Shown: one piece after another, positions 10,289 to 19,808 of the stretch
Layout of the letters: each line of letters opens with the position of its first letter
Numbering within the stretch: position 1 is the first letter of the stretch
NCBI GenBank assembly: GCA_963816145.1
Contig: CAWFJP010000003.1
Location: forward strand, 512,001-576,000
Length of the DNA: 64,000 nt
Direction: 5' to 3'
From: an uncultured delta proteobacterium
GTDB lineage: Bacteria > Desulfobacterota > Binatia > UBA9968
The notes under the pieces: generated by a model
The model's input: only the letters and a program-made list of their open reading frames with translations
The model's database searches: none
What the model was told of the DNA's origin: nothing
Translations under genes and position numbers: made by a program

Positions 10289-10442
10289 GCAGGACTCCAA
10301 GACTTACACGACACGATGAAACGGGTCGTTACAGTGACAGCCGGCGAACCGAACCGTGTTCAAAGCGATGTCAGAATCAACTCGGCAAAGCAAAAGAGTG
10401 TCGTTTCGCCAACTCTTCATTTTACCTATTCTACCAAGATTC

Positions 10443-10961
10443 TCAGCCAGTCTGCGAGGGGCGAATCCGCCCCCTTCCGCCACCGATAGCGCTCTTGAAC
10501 ATCTCGGCCAAGAAGCCGCCCAGGGCGCCGGCCGGGATCGCGGCAGCGAAGGAAAGGGCCATAAACCATTCCGGGAATTGCGTCTCGGTATCGCCTGAAT
10601 GCATGATGAGTCCGACGAGAATCGATACAACCCCAACCAGCGCCCCATGCTTCATCTCCAAGGTGCCGGCTTTGTAGGCGGCGTAGAAGCCGCCGATCAG
10701 CGTGCCAAGAGAACCCAATAATAGACCGGCCGCCAAGCCCTCGCTCGACACCCAGTACTTCGCCGCTTCCTCTTCGAACGCGGCCGAGGCGCCGGAGCTT
10801 GGCGCGACGTAAAAGCCGTAATAAAAGGCGGCCAAGACAAAACTGGCGATAAAGTCGACAACCGCGCCGGTGAGAATCGGCCGAAATTGGATACCGGTGA
10901 AAAAACCCGTCGGCTCGATGGGTTTGGGCGTCGTACCTGATTGATGGGGATCGTATTGCAT
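10443..10961 (-). CDS. small 4-TM membrane protein (TIGR04086-like)
   Basis: Gly/Ala-rich TM helices: GGFYAAYKA...HGALVG...GALGG. Confidence 0.7.
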   Translation of the reverse strand: MQYDPHQSGTTPKPIEPTGFFTGIQFRPILTGAVVDFIASFVLAAFYYGFYVAPSSGASAAFEEEAAKYWVSSEGLAAGLLLGSLGTLIGGFYAAYKAGTLEMKHGALVGVVSILVGLIMHSGDTETQFPEWFMALSFAAAIPAGALGGFLAEMFKSAIGGGRGRIRPSQTG

Positions 10962-11098
10962 AAAAGTATTTTCTGCTATTGTCGACCTTGGTTACGATAG
11001 TCCGCGTCACGCCTGCTCCAATCGGCGCTGCGTTGACTTAGCTTCGACTATCAGGAAAATAACTGGTCAACGGGGCCAATGGCAACCGATCCGACAAA

Positions 11099-11560
11099 AT
11101 GTTTCATCGCTACGACTATGAAGCCGCATTCTATCCCAAGTTGACCCGCTTGCCCCTCGATGTGCGCCGCAAGCTAGATGTGACGGGCGTCAAGATTTCA
11201 CTGAAAGACTGGCTTGGTTTCAGCCTCGAAGAGCGGTTGGTGCTTTGCCATCTGCCTTGCGACCATGACGACGAGCGCCAGGTCTTCACCGCGTACCTGG
11301 ATTTCCTGGCTGAGAAATACTGCGGCACACCGATCGATAAGACCGAACCGATGGACAACGCGATGTGGAGCCCGCTGGCTGTGCCCGAGGAAGTCGCGCA
11401 GAAAAGCGCGGCGCTGGGGCAATCGGTTACAGCGAACGAATGGCGTGGTTGGCCGTCGCACCATCGCTACGGCCTATACAAGTTAGCGGTGTCGAAGAGT
11501 CAACCGGAAGCCTTTGAGCAAGTTCTGATCCAATTGCGCAATTCGCTGGCTAACCACTGA
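11099..11560 (+). CDS. nitrate reductase-associated protein (NarM-like)
   Basis: LPLDVRRKLDVTGVKISLKDW...ER and W....HRYGLYKL match the family pattern (P..VR.KLD..G.K..L..W; QRFAL.KL). Confidence 0.75.
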   Translation: MFHRYDYEAAFYPKLTRLPLDVRRKLDVTGVKISLKDWLGFSLEERLVLCHLPCDHDDERQVFTAYLDFLAEKYCGTPIDKTEPMDNAMWSPLAVPEEVAQKSAALGQSVTANEWRGWPSHHRYGLYKLAVSKSQPEAFEQVLIQLRNSLANH

Positions 11561-11737
11561 TGACGGCAAGCCGCATGAAGTCCACCGACACTTTGCATTC
11601 CCGCGTCGTCCCGCCGTGGCGCTCAGGCGTCGGCTCAGAAAATTCGACCGTTAAGTTTGCAAAATCTATTCGAGGATGCGAAACGAACACAAACGACGAT
11701 CGATCGTCGTTCGCCAACACCGAACTGGAAAGTCCCC

Positions 11738-12184
11738 ATGCCATCCTTCTTAATCTTTTTAGCCATGGTCGCCGCCACGGCCTTCATCGGAATTCAATTC
11801 GGCCCCGGACCTTGGTACGTCGCATTACAAAAACCATCGTGGACACCGCCCGGTTGGCTCTTCGCTCCGGTCTGGACCGCGCTCTATGTGGCCATCGCTG
11901 TTGCCGGATGGTCGGTGTGGAGATCTAAAGCCCTTAGCGTTACCAAGCCGATCCTGCTTTGGCTGCTGCAGTTAATTCTGAACGGACTTTGGTCGTGGCT
12001 ATTCTTTGGCCTGCGCCGGCCCGATCTCGCGCTGATCGATATTATCGCGCTGCTCATAACGACCTGCTGGTTTATCACCACTGCCAACAAGATCAGTCGC
12101 CTTGGCGCCTGGCTGTTCGTTCCCTACGCGCTCTGGGTCGGCTTCGCCAGCGCATTGAATTTTTCGATCTGGCAGTTGAACTAA
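11738..12184 (+). CDS. tspO: TspO/MBR tryptophan-rich sensory protein
   Basis: WY..L.KP.WTPP.WLFAPVWT.LY, LN.LWSWLFFG and PY..WV.FA..LN motifs. Confidence 0.95.
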   Translation: MPSFLIFLAMVAATAFIGIQFGPGPWYVALQKPSWTPPGWLFAPVWTALYVAIAVAGWSVWRSKALSVTKPILLWLLQLILNGLWSWLFFGLRRPDLALIDIIALLITTCWFITTANKISRLGAWLFVPYALWVGFASALNFSIWQLN

Positions 12185-12218
12185 CTGTTTGCCATTCCAC
12201 CATGACCAAGGAACGTCC

Positions 12219-13367
12219 ATGACCGACCAACTTTTCCCACGCTTCTCCGACGCCGAATATAACCGCCGCTACAGCGCGATCCGCGAGGCGATGGCTAAAG
12301 ACAACCTTGACGCGATCCTGATTTCGGGCGCCCGCGGGTCATCCGAGGTGACCTATCTGGCGAACTATCTGCCGCAGTCGCCCTGCTGGCTGCTCTTTCC
12401 CCGGGCAGGCGATACGACCGTCTTCGTCCATTTTTTCAATCACCAGCCCTGCGCCAAAGCCCAATCGATCGTCGAAGATCTCCGCTGGTACGGTCCGACA
12501 CCGCTGCCGACGCTGGTCGAAGAGATCAAAAAACGCCGTATGTCGACAAGCAAGATCGGCTTGGTCAGCATGCGCGCCATGGCCTATGGCCATGTCACCG
12601 AACTGCAGCGCCAGCTTCCCGAAGCTGAGTTCGTCGAGTTCGGGCCGCAGTTTGGCCGCATCCGCCGCGTGCGCAGCGAAGAAGAACTGGTTTATCTGCG
12701 TAAGAGCGGCTATCTGACCGATCTGGCTTGCGAGGCCTTGGAAAACAACTTGCGCCCCGGCCTGACTGAACAAGATGTGCTGGCGATCGTCTACAACGCC
12801 TACTTAAAAAACGGCGGCGATCCCGGTATCCATTTCATCGCCACGACCAACATGGACAACCCCGACCGCTTCGTTCCGTGGCAACGCCAGACATTCCGTG
12901 TGCTCGAAAAAGGCTCCGTCGTAATCACGGAACTCACCGTAAGCTACTGGGGCTACTCGACACAAATCCATCGTCCCTTCGCCATCGGTAAAGAACCGAC
13001 GCCGACCTACCGCAAACTGTTTAACGCCGCCTACGAATGCTACGAGAGCGTGCGCAAGATCTGCAAACCCGGCACCACCAGCGAGCAGATTGTCGCCGCG
13101 ACTTCGGCCATCGAAGCCCACGGCTTTACCAGCTACGACAGCGTCTTCCACGGCGAAGCCGGCAAGTCACCGGAGCTCGGCACCAGCTCGGCGGCACACC
13201 CGCTGGAGAAATGGACGCTGGAAGAAAACATGATTCACGTCATCCAGCCCAATCCAATCACCAAGGATTTCAAAGCAGGTTTGCAATTGGGAGCCGCGGT
13301 AGTCGTCAAGCCGAACGGCGGCGAAGCGCTGCATAACTACCCGTTCAAGTTTCCGGTATGCGGCTAA
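12219..13367 (+). CDS. M24 (pita-bread fold) peptidase/creatinase-like hydrolase
   Basis: Creatinase-type N-terminus FSDAEYNRRY..IR..M; RVRSEEEL, LRPGLTE and GY.TQIHR segments. Confidence 0.8.
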   Translation: MTDQLFPRFSDAEYNRRYSAIREAMAKDNLDAILISGARGSSEVTYLANYLPQSPCWLLFPRAGDTTVFVHFFNHQPCAKAQSIVEDLRWYGPTPLPTLVEEIKKRRMSTSKIGLVSMRAMAYGHVTELQRQLPEAEFVEFGPQFGRIRRVRSEEELVYLRKSGYLTDLACEALENNLRPGLTEQDVLAIVYNAYLKNGGDPGIHFIATTNMDNPDRFVPWQRQTFRVLEKGSVVITELTVSYWGYSTQIHRPFAIGKEPTPTYRKLFNAAYECYESVRKICKPGTTSEQIVAATSAIEAHGFTSYDSVFHGEAGKSPELGTSSAAHPLEKWTLEENMIHVIQPNPITKDFKAGLQLGAAVVVKPNGGEALHNYPFKFPVCG

Positions 13368-13377
13368 GGAGGCGCAA

Positions 13378-14101
13378 ATGAATCCGTCCCAATTCGCAAA
13401 CATCAAACTCCTCGCCTTCGACGTTTTCGGCACCGTCGTCGATTGGCGCTCAAGCGTGATCGCCGAAGGCGAGCAGCTTGGCAAAGCAAAGGGCATCAGC
13501 ATTGACTGGGCTGCCTTCGCCGACGCGTGGCGTTCGATCTACCGCCCTTACATGGACAAAGTCCAGAACGGCGAGCTGCCCTGGACGAAGTTGGACGACC
13601 TGCATCGGATGATGCTCGCCGAGACCTTGAAGCAAGTTCGCCATCCACAGTCTCAGCGATGACGAAAAGGAACATCTGAATCTTGTCTGGCACCGACTTG
13701 CTCCATGGCCGGATTCGGTGCCGGGTCTGCAGCGAATCAAGTCGCGCTTCGTGATCTCGCCGTTGTCCAACGGTAACATTTCCTTATTGACGAACATGGC
13801 CAAGAACGCAGGCTTGCCCTGGGACTGCATCTTGTCGGCGGAAAATGTCCGCCGCTACAAACCCGACCCATCGGTCTATTTACTCGCGCCGCAACTTTTC
13901 GATTTGAAACCCGAGCAAGTTATGATGGTCGCAGCCCATGAGCATGATCTGCAATCGGCGTGCAAGCATGGATTACGCACCGCCTATGTACATCGCCCAT
14001 CGGAACATGGACCCGGCAAGGCCACCGCAGTCCCACCCAAGGACCGTTTCGATATCGTCGCCAACGATTTTCTCGACCTGGCCGATCAACTCTCTGCTTA
14101 A
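13378..14101 (+). CDS. haloacid dehalogenase type II (HAD), one single-base frameshift at ~13633
   Basis: FDVFGTVVDW, WHRLAPWPDS, LSNGN, YKPDP and MVAAH..DL motifs spread across two frames. Confidence 0.85.
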
Positions 14102-14116
14102 GCGAAGGAGCCTGTT

Positions 14117-15112
14117 GTGATTGCGCGAACCCTAGTGATAATTGCCACGCTCACTCTGTTCTTGGCCGGCGTGTCCCCTGCCAATGCCCAACGCCTGCGC
14201 GCCGCCAGCGGCGGGCTGTCGATCATTCATTCCCTGCTATGGGTCACCTACGAGCAAAAGCTTTTAAAGAAATATGGACTTGATCTCGAATATATCGCCA
14301 TCGAGAACGGCACCGTCGGCATGCAGGCGCTGCTCGCCAACGAGGCGCAGTTTCTGTTTTCCACCTCGTCCCTCGCGGTCAACGCCAACTTGCGCGGATC
14401 CGATGTCACCGTGGTCGCCGGCGGCTTGAACTTCATTCCGGATAAGCTGATCGTCCGCCCGGAAATCGCCAAACCGGAGGATCTTGCCGGCAAACGCTTG
14501 GCGATCAGCCGATTCGGATCTTCCTCGGAAACCAGCGCCAAGCTCACCCTTGAGAAAGTCGGCGTCAAGCCGGAGAGCGTTTCGCTCATTCAACTGGGCG
14601 GGGTATCGACCCGCCAAGCCGCCTTGATGTCCGGTCAGGTTCAAGCGACCGTTCTCAGCGACCCACAAGCGACGGCGGCAACCACTGGCGGCATGAAACT
14701 GTGGGTCGATTTGTCGGACGCCAAATGGGGCCTGCCGCGCATTTGCTTCAACTGCTTCATGGCCAAGCGCAGCTTTCTCGATTCGAACCGCGAGGCCGCC
14801 ATGAATTTTCTCAAAGCCGTCATCGAAGGCCTTTACCTGCTCAAGAAGGACAAGCCGCTTGGCGTGCGGCTGATCAAAAAATATCTCCGCCTGAGCGACG
14901 ATGCAGCTTCCGTCGGCTACGACTTCTACATCGGCAAACACGGCGAAGGCATGCTCAGTCTGCCGGAGCGGCGCGGCATGGAATTCATCATCGCCGAAGT
15001 CGCCAAATCCAATCCGGCGGCGAGCAAAGCGACGCCTGAAAGCTTGCGCTTGGTAGAGCCGAGTTTGTTGGACGAAATCAAGAAGAGCGGATTTATCGAG
15101 CGGGTGAAATAG
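14117..15112 (+). CDS. ABC substrate-binding protein, NMT1/TauA/SsuA family
   Basis: Signal peptide; KYGLDLE and DLAGKRLAISRFGSSS motifs. Confidence 0.88.
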   Translation: MIARTLVIIATLTLFLAGVSPANAQRLRAASGGLSIIHSLLWVTYEQKLLKKYGLDLEYIAIENGTVGMQALLANEAQFLFSTSSLAVNANLRGSDVTVVAGGLNFIPDKLIVRPEIAKPEDLAGKRLAISRFGSSSETSAKLTLEKVGVKPESVSLIQLGGVSTRQAALMSGQVQATVLSDPQATAATTGGMKLWVDLSDAKWGLPRICFNCFMAKRSFLDSNREAAMNFLKAVIEGLYLLKKDKPLGVRLIKKYLRLSDDAASVGYDFYIGKHGEGMLSLPERRGMEFIIAEVAKSNPAASKATPESLRLVEPSLLDEIKKSGFIERVK

Positions 15113-15183
15113 ATTTTTGCCAATTTTGACTGGATTCAACCAACCCGGCGTTCAACCCTCACTCAATCGAGATCAGCGATAAC

Positions 15184-16239
15184 ATGCAGCCCTTGCGCGA
15201 TGCCAAATCGGAATTTGCAGAGGGGCTGATCCAAGCCGCGATTGTCCACGGTAAAGCACTCGCCGCTCGGCGTTTTCGACCCATTGCATTACGAAACTCT
15301 TGCCGCTGGTTCTTTCGCTGCGGCGCAGCCATCGGCATAATCGTAGAATTTCTTTCCTGCACACCACCGACAAAGGGAACAACGGCGCCGGCGCACAACA
15401 CCAATATTGGCAGCAGCCAGCGGATCGATGCCGAGGGCGTGGCAATGTTGCTGGCCCCGGCGCCGGGATCACGTTTCCACCTCGCCAAGGACGATCCCAA
15501 CGGCGCGCGCAACTTTCACATCGAACGAAAGACGCCGGCACTGCCGCGAAACGACGGCGCGCTGCAATATTGGAACGTCGCCGCCCATGATCTCGATTAT
15601 GCTACCGGCGGCTCCGGCAAAACTAGCCGGCTGCATATTTACGCCAGCGGCGGCCGGCAATCCTACACCTGGAAGACTCAGCACGGCTTTCTTTCCTCGT
15701 CGGCGGATATCCGCAATCAAGAGTTCACCGCCTTCGTGCGGGTACACGGGATCACCGATCCGAAGCGCGCGGCGATTAGTTTAAAGATCCGCGGCGGCGC
15801 GCACGGTGCGATTGACCCGGATCTGGCTTCGTGCACCATGATGACATTTCAATCCGTCGGCACCGGAGCAGTCACGCGCTTCGGCAAAGAGCTCACCCAC
15901 CCGATCTACGATTACGTGAAATTGACGCCGGCCTTAGACGCGGCGTTGATCGAGAATCGCTGGTTCGGCTTGAAGCTTTTGAGCTACAGTTCGCCGGGGG
16001 TGCCGACTCGCGTCGTCAATCGCCTTTACTTGGACGACGATCCAATCGAGCCCGCCACCGGTAAGCCACGCAACAATTGGAAACTAATGTCTGAGTTCGT
16101 CGATGCCGAAGGCGTCACCGCGGGCAAGTACGCCAAACTCGCGGATTGGGGCGGCTGGCAAACAACTTTGCGAACCGACGGTGTCAGCAGTTTAGATTTC
16201 ACAATGATCAGCCTGCGCGAGGTCCTGCCCGGCCAATAG
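15184..16239 (+). CDS. hypothetical, probably exported beta-rich (jelly-roll/polysaccharide lyase-like) protein; start uncertain
   Basis: Long ORF with host-like codon usage; hydrophobic stretch ending FLSC; EFTAFVR, RGGAH, KELTH, WFGLK and WGGW segments. Confidence 0.55.
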   Translation: MQPLRDAKSEFAEGLIQAAIVHGKALAARRFRPIALRNSCRWFFRCGAAIGIIVEFLSCTPPTKGTTAPAHNTNIGSSQRIDAEGVAMLLAPAPGSRFHLAKDDPNGARNFHIERKTPALPRNDGALQYWNVAAHDLDYATGGSGKTSRLHIYASGGRQSYTWKTQHGFLSSSADIRNQEFTAFVRVHGITDPKRAAISLKIRGGAHGAIDPDLASCTMMTFQSVGTGAVTRFGKELTHPIYDYVKLTPALDAALIENRWFGLKLLSYSSPGVPTRVVNRLYLDDDPIEPATGKPRNNWKLMSEFVDAEGVTAGKYAKLADWGGWQTTLRTDGVSSLDFTMISLREVLPGQ

Positions 16240-16312
16240 TAATCGCCCGGCGCGGATGATAGGTTTTCCGTTGTGCGGCCGTTTCATTCCAGTTCCGGGA
16301 TCGCAGTCGTAT

Positions 16313-16379
16313 AGATTTCTCACTGCGCTCGAAATGACAGATTTATAGCAGCTGTCATCCCGAACGAAGAGAGGGATCC
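16313..16379. repeat. REP-like inverted repeat doublet (family A)
   Basis: agatttctcactgcgctcgaaatgacag ... ctgtcatcccgaacgaagagagggatcc, similar to 2870-2943. Confidence 0.78.
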
Positions 16380-16441
16380 CTTGCGACTGAACCGGCACGC
16401 AATCTTGACATCCGACGGAGAATTTCACTGATGGAGCATTC

Positions 16442-17119
16442 ATGAAACTCTACTACCATCCCGCATCCACCACTTGCCGGCCGATCATGCTGCTGGCGGC
16501 AGCCGAGAAGATCGAACTCGACTATCAGCTCGTCGACCTTTTCACCGGCGAGAACTATCAACCCGCCTTCACGGCGATCAATCCGAACCAAGCCGTACCG
16601 CTCCTCGTCGACGACAACTTTCAGCTAACCGAGAGTTCAGCCATCTTGAAGTATCTCGCCGACAAATTTCACGCGCCCAGCTACCCGGCCGAGCTGCGCG
16701 CGCGGGCGCGGGTCAACGAACGCATGGACTGGTTCAACACCGGACTGTATCGGGACCTCGGTTATGGACTGGTCTATCCGCAAGTGCTCGACAGCTACAA
16801 AAAAGGCGATGACCAAGCGCAGCGCCAGCACCTGGCCTGGAGCCGGGCCAAGGCTAAGCATTGGCTAGAAATCCTCGACCGACATCTGCTCGGCGGAAAG
16901 AGCCGTTTCGTCTGCGGCGACAGCCTTGCTCTCGCCGACTTCATGGGCGCATGCTACGTGACTCTCGGCGACGTGATTCGACTCGACTACTCCCCCTATC
17001 CCAATATCACGCGCTGGCTTGCCGATATGAAAGCTCTGCCCTACTGGAACAATACTCAGGAAGTTTTTTACCAGCATTTCGTCGGCGCGTTTAAGGACAA
17101 AACGTTCGAGGGTCTGTAA
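16442..17119 (+). CDS. glutathione S-transferase
   Basis: INPNQAVPLL.D..F.LTESSAILKYL and G...LAD motifs. Confidence 0.93.
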   Translation: MKLYYHPASTTCRPIMLLAAAEKIELDYQLVDLFTGENYQPAFTAINPNQAVPLLVDDNFQLTESSAILKYLADKFHAPSYPAELRARARVNERMDWFNTGLYRDLGYGLVYPQVLDSYKKGDDQAQRQHLAWSRAKAKHWLEILDRHLLGGKSRFVCGDSLALADFMGACYVTLGDVIRLDYSPYPNITRWLADMKALPYWNNTQEVFYQHFVGAFKDKTFEGL

Positions 17120-17139
17120 TGGAAAAGGAGAAACACACC

Positions 17140-17619
17140 ATGATCAAAGGTTTACACCACAGCGCTTACCGCTGCCGGGACTCGGAAGAGACACGCAAAT
17201 TCTATGAGGACTTTCTTGGTTTGAAACTTGTCGGCTCGTTAGCGATCCAAGACTCGCCGAGAGCCGCCAAACCGGACGTCCTGCACACATTCTTTCAAAT
17301 GGCCGACGGTTCCTGTTTGGCTTTTTTCGAAGCGCCTGCCATGTCATTCGAATTCAAGCGCCAGCTCGATTTCGACCTGCACATCGCCCTGGAAGTCGAC
17401 GCTGCGACCCTGCAGTCCATGTTCGCCAAAGGTAAAGCGAGCGGCATCGAGACCCGCGGCATCGCCGACCACGGCATGGTTCATTCGATCTATTTCAGGG
17501 ATCCTAACGGCTACGTCGTCGAACTTACCGCAAAAATGCCGAAACATGACGACATGATGAATCCGGCAACGAACCGAGCACGGCAAATTCTGGATGACTG
17601 GCAGGCGGCGAAAGGCTAA
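17140..17619 (+). CDS. VOC/glyoxalase-family protein
   Basis: GLHHSAYRC.D.EET..FYEDFLG, HIALEV and SIYFRDPNGYVVEL; AAGGAG RBS. Confidence 0.9.
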   Translation: MIKGLHHSAYRCRDSEETRKFYEDFLGLKLVGSLAIQDSPRAAKPDVLHTFFQMADGSCLAFFEAPAMSFEFKRQLDFDLHIALEVDAATLQSMFAKGKASGIETRGIADHGMVHSIYFRDPNGYVVELTAKMPKHDDMMNPATNRARQILDDWQAAKG

Positions 17620-17705
17620 GTGAATACTTTCTCACCACGAAGGCGCGAAGAACACGAAGGGTTAGGAGACAATTACGATTCCAAACTTCATGCTCTTCGT
17701 GTCGT

Positions 17706-17916
17706 CCTTAGAAAATACATCCGCAGGTACTGTCTGGGCAACGAATTGGCATGAGGCTTCCGTCATACCGGCGAAACCCGGTATCCATTCCCTCACTCCC
17801 CCTGGATGCCGCCCTTCGCCGGCATCACGAATCAAGGTAAGAACCATAGGATGGTAAGAGGGCTACAATTTCATACTCTTTAGACGAGCGTATGCTAATC
17901 GACACTTCGTGGTGAA
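17706..17916. mobile_element. ~210-bp non-coding MITE-like element, copy 1, containing a REP doublet
   Basis: About 90% identical (hand alignment, ~21 differences) to 24661-24870; internal gtcataccggcgaaa...ttcgccggcat(c/g)ac palindrome. Confidence 0.7.
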
Positions 17917-17968
17917 TCAACCGTCCCCGATCTTGCGAACTTTGCGTTCTTTGCGGCCAATTCCTGCA

Positions 17969-19744
17969 TCAGCGCATCTGGCAGACAACATCCACCAGCG
18001 CCGGCTTACCTGACTTCACCACCTTCACCGCCTCACGCAGCGTTTTGATCAAGTCCTTGGGCTCGGTGATCGGACCGGCGCCCCAGCAGCCGTAGTTGCG
18101 CGCCAAACCGGCGAAGTCGACGTTAGGATCTTCAATACGAATGCCGATGGTTTTGTTTTCCACCGGCCGGTTGCGCTGAACGGCGATGCGCTCCTGATGT
18201 TCTTCGTCGTTGAAGTAAGAGCGGTTGCTGCAGACGACGCTCAGCAGCGGGATCTGATGATGCACCGCGGTCCAGATCGAACTGACGGTGAACAAGAGAT
18301 CGCCGTCGGGCTGGATGTTGACGCAGAATTTGCCGGAACCCTTGTGCGCCAGCGCCGCGCCCAGCGACGCCGGCATGCCATAGCCCAAGCCGCCGCCTTT
18401 GTACTTGCCCAGGATCTGATTGAACTTGGCCGCCGGCAGATAAAGATTCTCTTTGCCTTGAGAACTCCCGTTCGTTAGCACCCAGTCCTCGCCCTTGAGC
18501 GCTTCGGCGATCTCGGCATAGATGCGCGTCATCGAAACCGGTTTTTCGTCCCACTTCGCTTTCAGCTCTTTGTCGAGCGCGGCCTTTTTCTCTTGGTAAA
18601 TCTTCTCCCAATCGGCGCGCCGATTGGCGATGTCATCTTTCAGCTCGCTGAGCTTCTTCTCCGCCTTCAAGCGCCGCACGAGTTCGGGTAAAAACACCGA
18701 CGTGTCGGCCATTATCATCAAATCGGCTTCACGCAATTTGTTGAAATCGGTCGCCCAAGCGCGCACCAGCAGATCGTCGAGGGCAACGTTGATCACCTTG
18801 GCGCCGGGTGCAAGCAGCGGAATCGCACGGCGGTTGCCGCGCTCCTGCACGCGCCGCACCGTGGCGCCTTCGAGGTCGGGAACATCCAGCGCCAAGATCA
18901 GATCGGCCTGCGGAATCACTTTGTCGGCTTGGCCGGTCAGATTGAGCGGATGTTGTACCGGAAAATTGAAACGGCCCAACTGATCGAGCACCGGCGCCGC
19001 CAGCAGCTCGGCCAATTCGCCGAGCGCGTTGAAACCCGACTCGCGCCGCCCCACCCAGTCGGCCAAAATCACCGGCCGTTTGGCCGCCAAGATCATTTCA
19101 ATTGATTTGGTAAAACCTTCCTCGGGCGCTTGCAGCGGCAACGGCGCCGGATAGCGGCCGATGTTGACGGCGATCTCGCCGTCCAGTTGCTTTTCCTGAA
19201 CATCGCCGTCGTAGCAAATATAAACCGGCCCCATCGGATCGGTGGTCGCCAGCCTGTAGGCGCGGATGAATGAGTCCGGAACCGCTTCGACGCTCGCCGG
19301 CTGATCGTCCCACTTGCAGAAGTCGCGCACCAGATTGCCCTGCACGTTGGCGGTATGCACCCAGTCGATCCAAGGCCGGCGGTTCGCCGAATTCATGGGA
19401 CCTGTGCCGCCCAGGACGATCACCGGAAGCCGGTCGGCCCAGGCGTTGTAGATCGCCATCGACGCATGCTGCAGGCCAACGACATTGTGCACCGCGGCCG
19501 CCATCGGTCGCCCCTTGGCGCGCGCGTAGCCATGCGCCAACGCCACGGCGATCTCTTCGTGATTGCAGAGAATGATCTCCGGCGCATGATTGCCGCCGTA
19601 GTTGACCAGCGAATCGTGCAAGCCGCGGAAGGTCGCTCCAGGGTTGATCGCGATATACTCGATGTCGAAGGCTTTGAGTGCATCGACGATAACATCCGAG
19701 CCCCACTCCGCGCGGGGCTTTTCGATTTTTTGCTGCTTGGCCAT
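17969..19744 (-). CDS. thiamine pyrophosphate-binding enzyme (acetolactate synthase/benzoylformate decarboxylase-like)
   Basis: NPGATFRGLHDS, CNHEEIAV.LAHGY, GGGLGYG and DGD...N ThDP-binding motif. Confidence 0.92.
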   Translation of the reverse strand: MAKQQKIEKPRAEWGSDVIVDALKAFDIEYIAINPGATFRGLHDSLVNYGGNHAPEIILCNHEEIAVALAHGYARAKGRPMAAAVHNVVGLQHASMAIYNAWADRLPVIVLGGTGPMNSANRRPWIDWVHTANVQGNLVRDFCKWDDQPASVEAVPDSFIRAYRLATTDPMGPVYICYDGDVQEKQLDGEIAVNIGRYPAPLPLQAPEEGFTKSIEMILAAKRPVILADWVGRRESGFNALGELAELLAAPVLDQLGRFNFPVQHPLNLTGQADKVIPQADLILALDVPDLEGATVRRVQERGNRRAIPLLAPGAKVINVALDDLLVRAWATDFNKLREADLMIMADTSVFLPELVRRLKAEKKLSELKDDIANRRADWEKIYQEKKAALDKELKAKWDEKPVSMTRIYAEIAEALKGEDWVLTNGSSQGKENLYLPAAKFNQILGKYKGGGLGYGMPASLGAALAHKGSGKFCVNIQPDGDLLFTVSSIWTAVHHQIPLLSVVCSNRSYFNDEEHQERIAVQRNRPVENKTIGIRIEDPNVDFAGLARNYGCWGAGPITEPKDLIKTLREAVKVVKSGKPALVDVVCQMR

Positions 19745-19808
19745 GGCACTATCCTTTGAATCAACCTATTTGGAAAACCGAACACGAGCCACGAACACGA
19801 TCACCTCT

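Noticed and set aside
17662-17847. Small paralogous ORFs 17662-17847 and 24614-24859 (shared FAGMTEASCQFVAQTVPA)
   Set aside because: The similarity comes from the non-coding repeat; starts and frames differ between the copies
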